A stretch of DNA of 6,094 nucleotides from a virus (taxonomy: Duplodnaviria; Heunggongvirae; Uroviricota; Caudoviricetes): positions 1-6,094 of the IMG/VR virus record IMGVR_UViG_3300023487_000043; one strand, written 5' to 3'. Made by a program: the position numbers and the translations under genes. Below, piece after piece: positions 5,584-6,094 of this stretch. The first letter of the stretch is position 1. Every line of letters begins with the position of its first letter. The notes beneath the pieces were generated by a model. The model made no database searches. It had not been told where the DNA came from and saw nothing but the letters and a program-made list of their open reading frames with translations.

Positions 5584-5870
5584 CTGGAAAAGAAATCATC
5601 CTGGAATATCTGAAAACTCATGAACAATTCTCCCCACATGAATTAGCACTGATCACCGGAATACCAAATAACAGAATCGCTCAAGCAGCAAGGCATATGG
5701 TGAAACAAGGACATTTGAGTGTTGTTGAGCGTAAGTGGAAGACGGTTATTTATGCAAAACGCAAAGTGAAGAAGGAGCCAATTAAAAGAAATCCAGATGG
5801 TACGGGGTGGGGATGTGCAAATCCAATGACGGCGTTTATTAATAGGGCGCTTATGGAGGTAAGGCAATGA
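5580..5870 (+). CDS. Ren-like small protein (96 aa), possibly winged-helix
   Basis: GTG start overlapping the loader stop (GTGA) with AGGAG 6 nt upstream. N-terminus MTGKEIILEYLKTHEQF resembles lambda Ren by recollection, and the gene follows the helicase loader as ren follows P. Confidence 0.5.
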   Translation: MTGKEIILEYLKTHEQFSPHELALITGIPNNRIAQAARHMVKQGHLSVVERKWKTVIYAKRKVKKEPIKRNPDGTGWGCANPMTAFINRALMEVRQ

Positions 5871-5896
5871 CCATCTACATCACTGAGCTAATAACA

Positions 5897-5924
5897 GGGG
5901 CTATTTACACAGTAGCCCTTTTTT
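5897..5924 (+). terminator. Intrinsic terminator (tR2-like position)
   Basis: GGGCTA (5898-5903) / TAGCCC (5913-5918) with 9-nt loop, followed by TTTTTT (5919-5924). Confidence 0.6.
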
Positions 5925-5951
5925 ATTGGATTAAGAACGAGGGGGATCCTG

Positions 5952-6094
5952 ATGGACACCGTTAACGGAATGTGTTCAGACGCACCGCGTGCCAAAAAAT
6001 GTAAATGCGGAAAATCACCGACAATATTCGACATGGAGAACGGGTGCCAAATCTACTGCGCTAACCACGCCGCTGTGGCGGCCGCGAATTATCG
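5952..6094 (+). CDS. Partial ORF (47 codons, continues past window end); Cys-rich hypothetical protein
   Basis: GAGGGGGA upstream of ATG 5952. Hand translation MDTVNGMCSDAPRAKKCKCGKSPTIFDMENGCQIYCANHAAVAAANY has no stop. Absent from the ORF track because it is incomplete. Confidence 0.4.
   Translation, partial: MDTVNGMCSDAPRAKKCKCGKSPTIFDMENGCQIYCANHAAVAAANY

Noticed and set aside
5643-5867. 74-aa minus-strand ORF antisense to the Ren-like gene
   Set aside because: Fully overlapped by the plus-strand ORF, which has a good SD and operon context.

Overview
This window reads as the immunity-replication core of a mosaic lambdoid (P22-like/lambda-like) enterobacterial prophage. All family assignments come from reading the translations and motifs against remembered P22 and lambda sequences; no database search was run. 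Left to right: a leftward early operon (partial ORF, three small unknown ORFs, an arginine-rich N-like antiterminator), nutL, OL/pL, a P22 c2-type repressor, the OR/pR/pRM switch, cro, nutR, a lambda-type cII with pRE and an OOP-like antisense terminator, then an O-like initiator with ori iterons, a DnaC-type helicase loader, a Ren-like ORF, a tR2-like terminator and the start of a Cys-rich ORF. The most unusual element is an AT-rich 214-aa ORF with a T5orf172 (GIY-YIG-like) N-terminal motif at 3262-3906. It sits exactly where lambda starts O and appears to use that gene's ribosome-binding site and start codon. It is the best candidate for an undescribed accessory or defence function. The unknown early-left ORFs downstream of N are secondary candidates.
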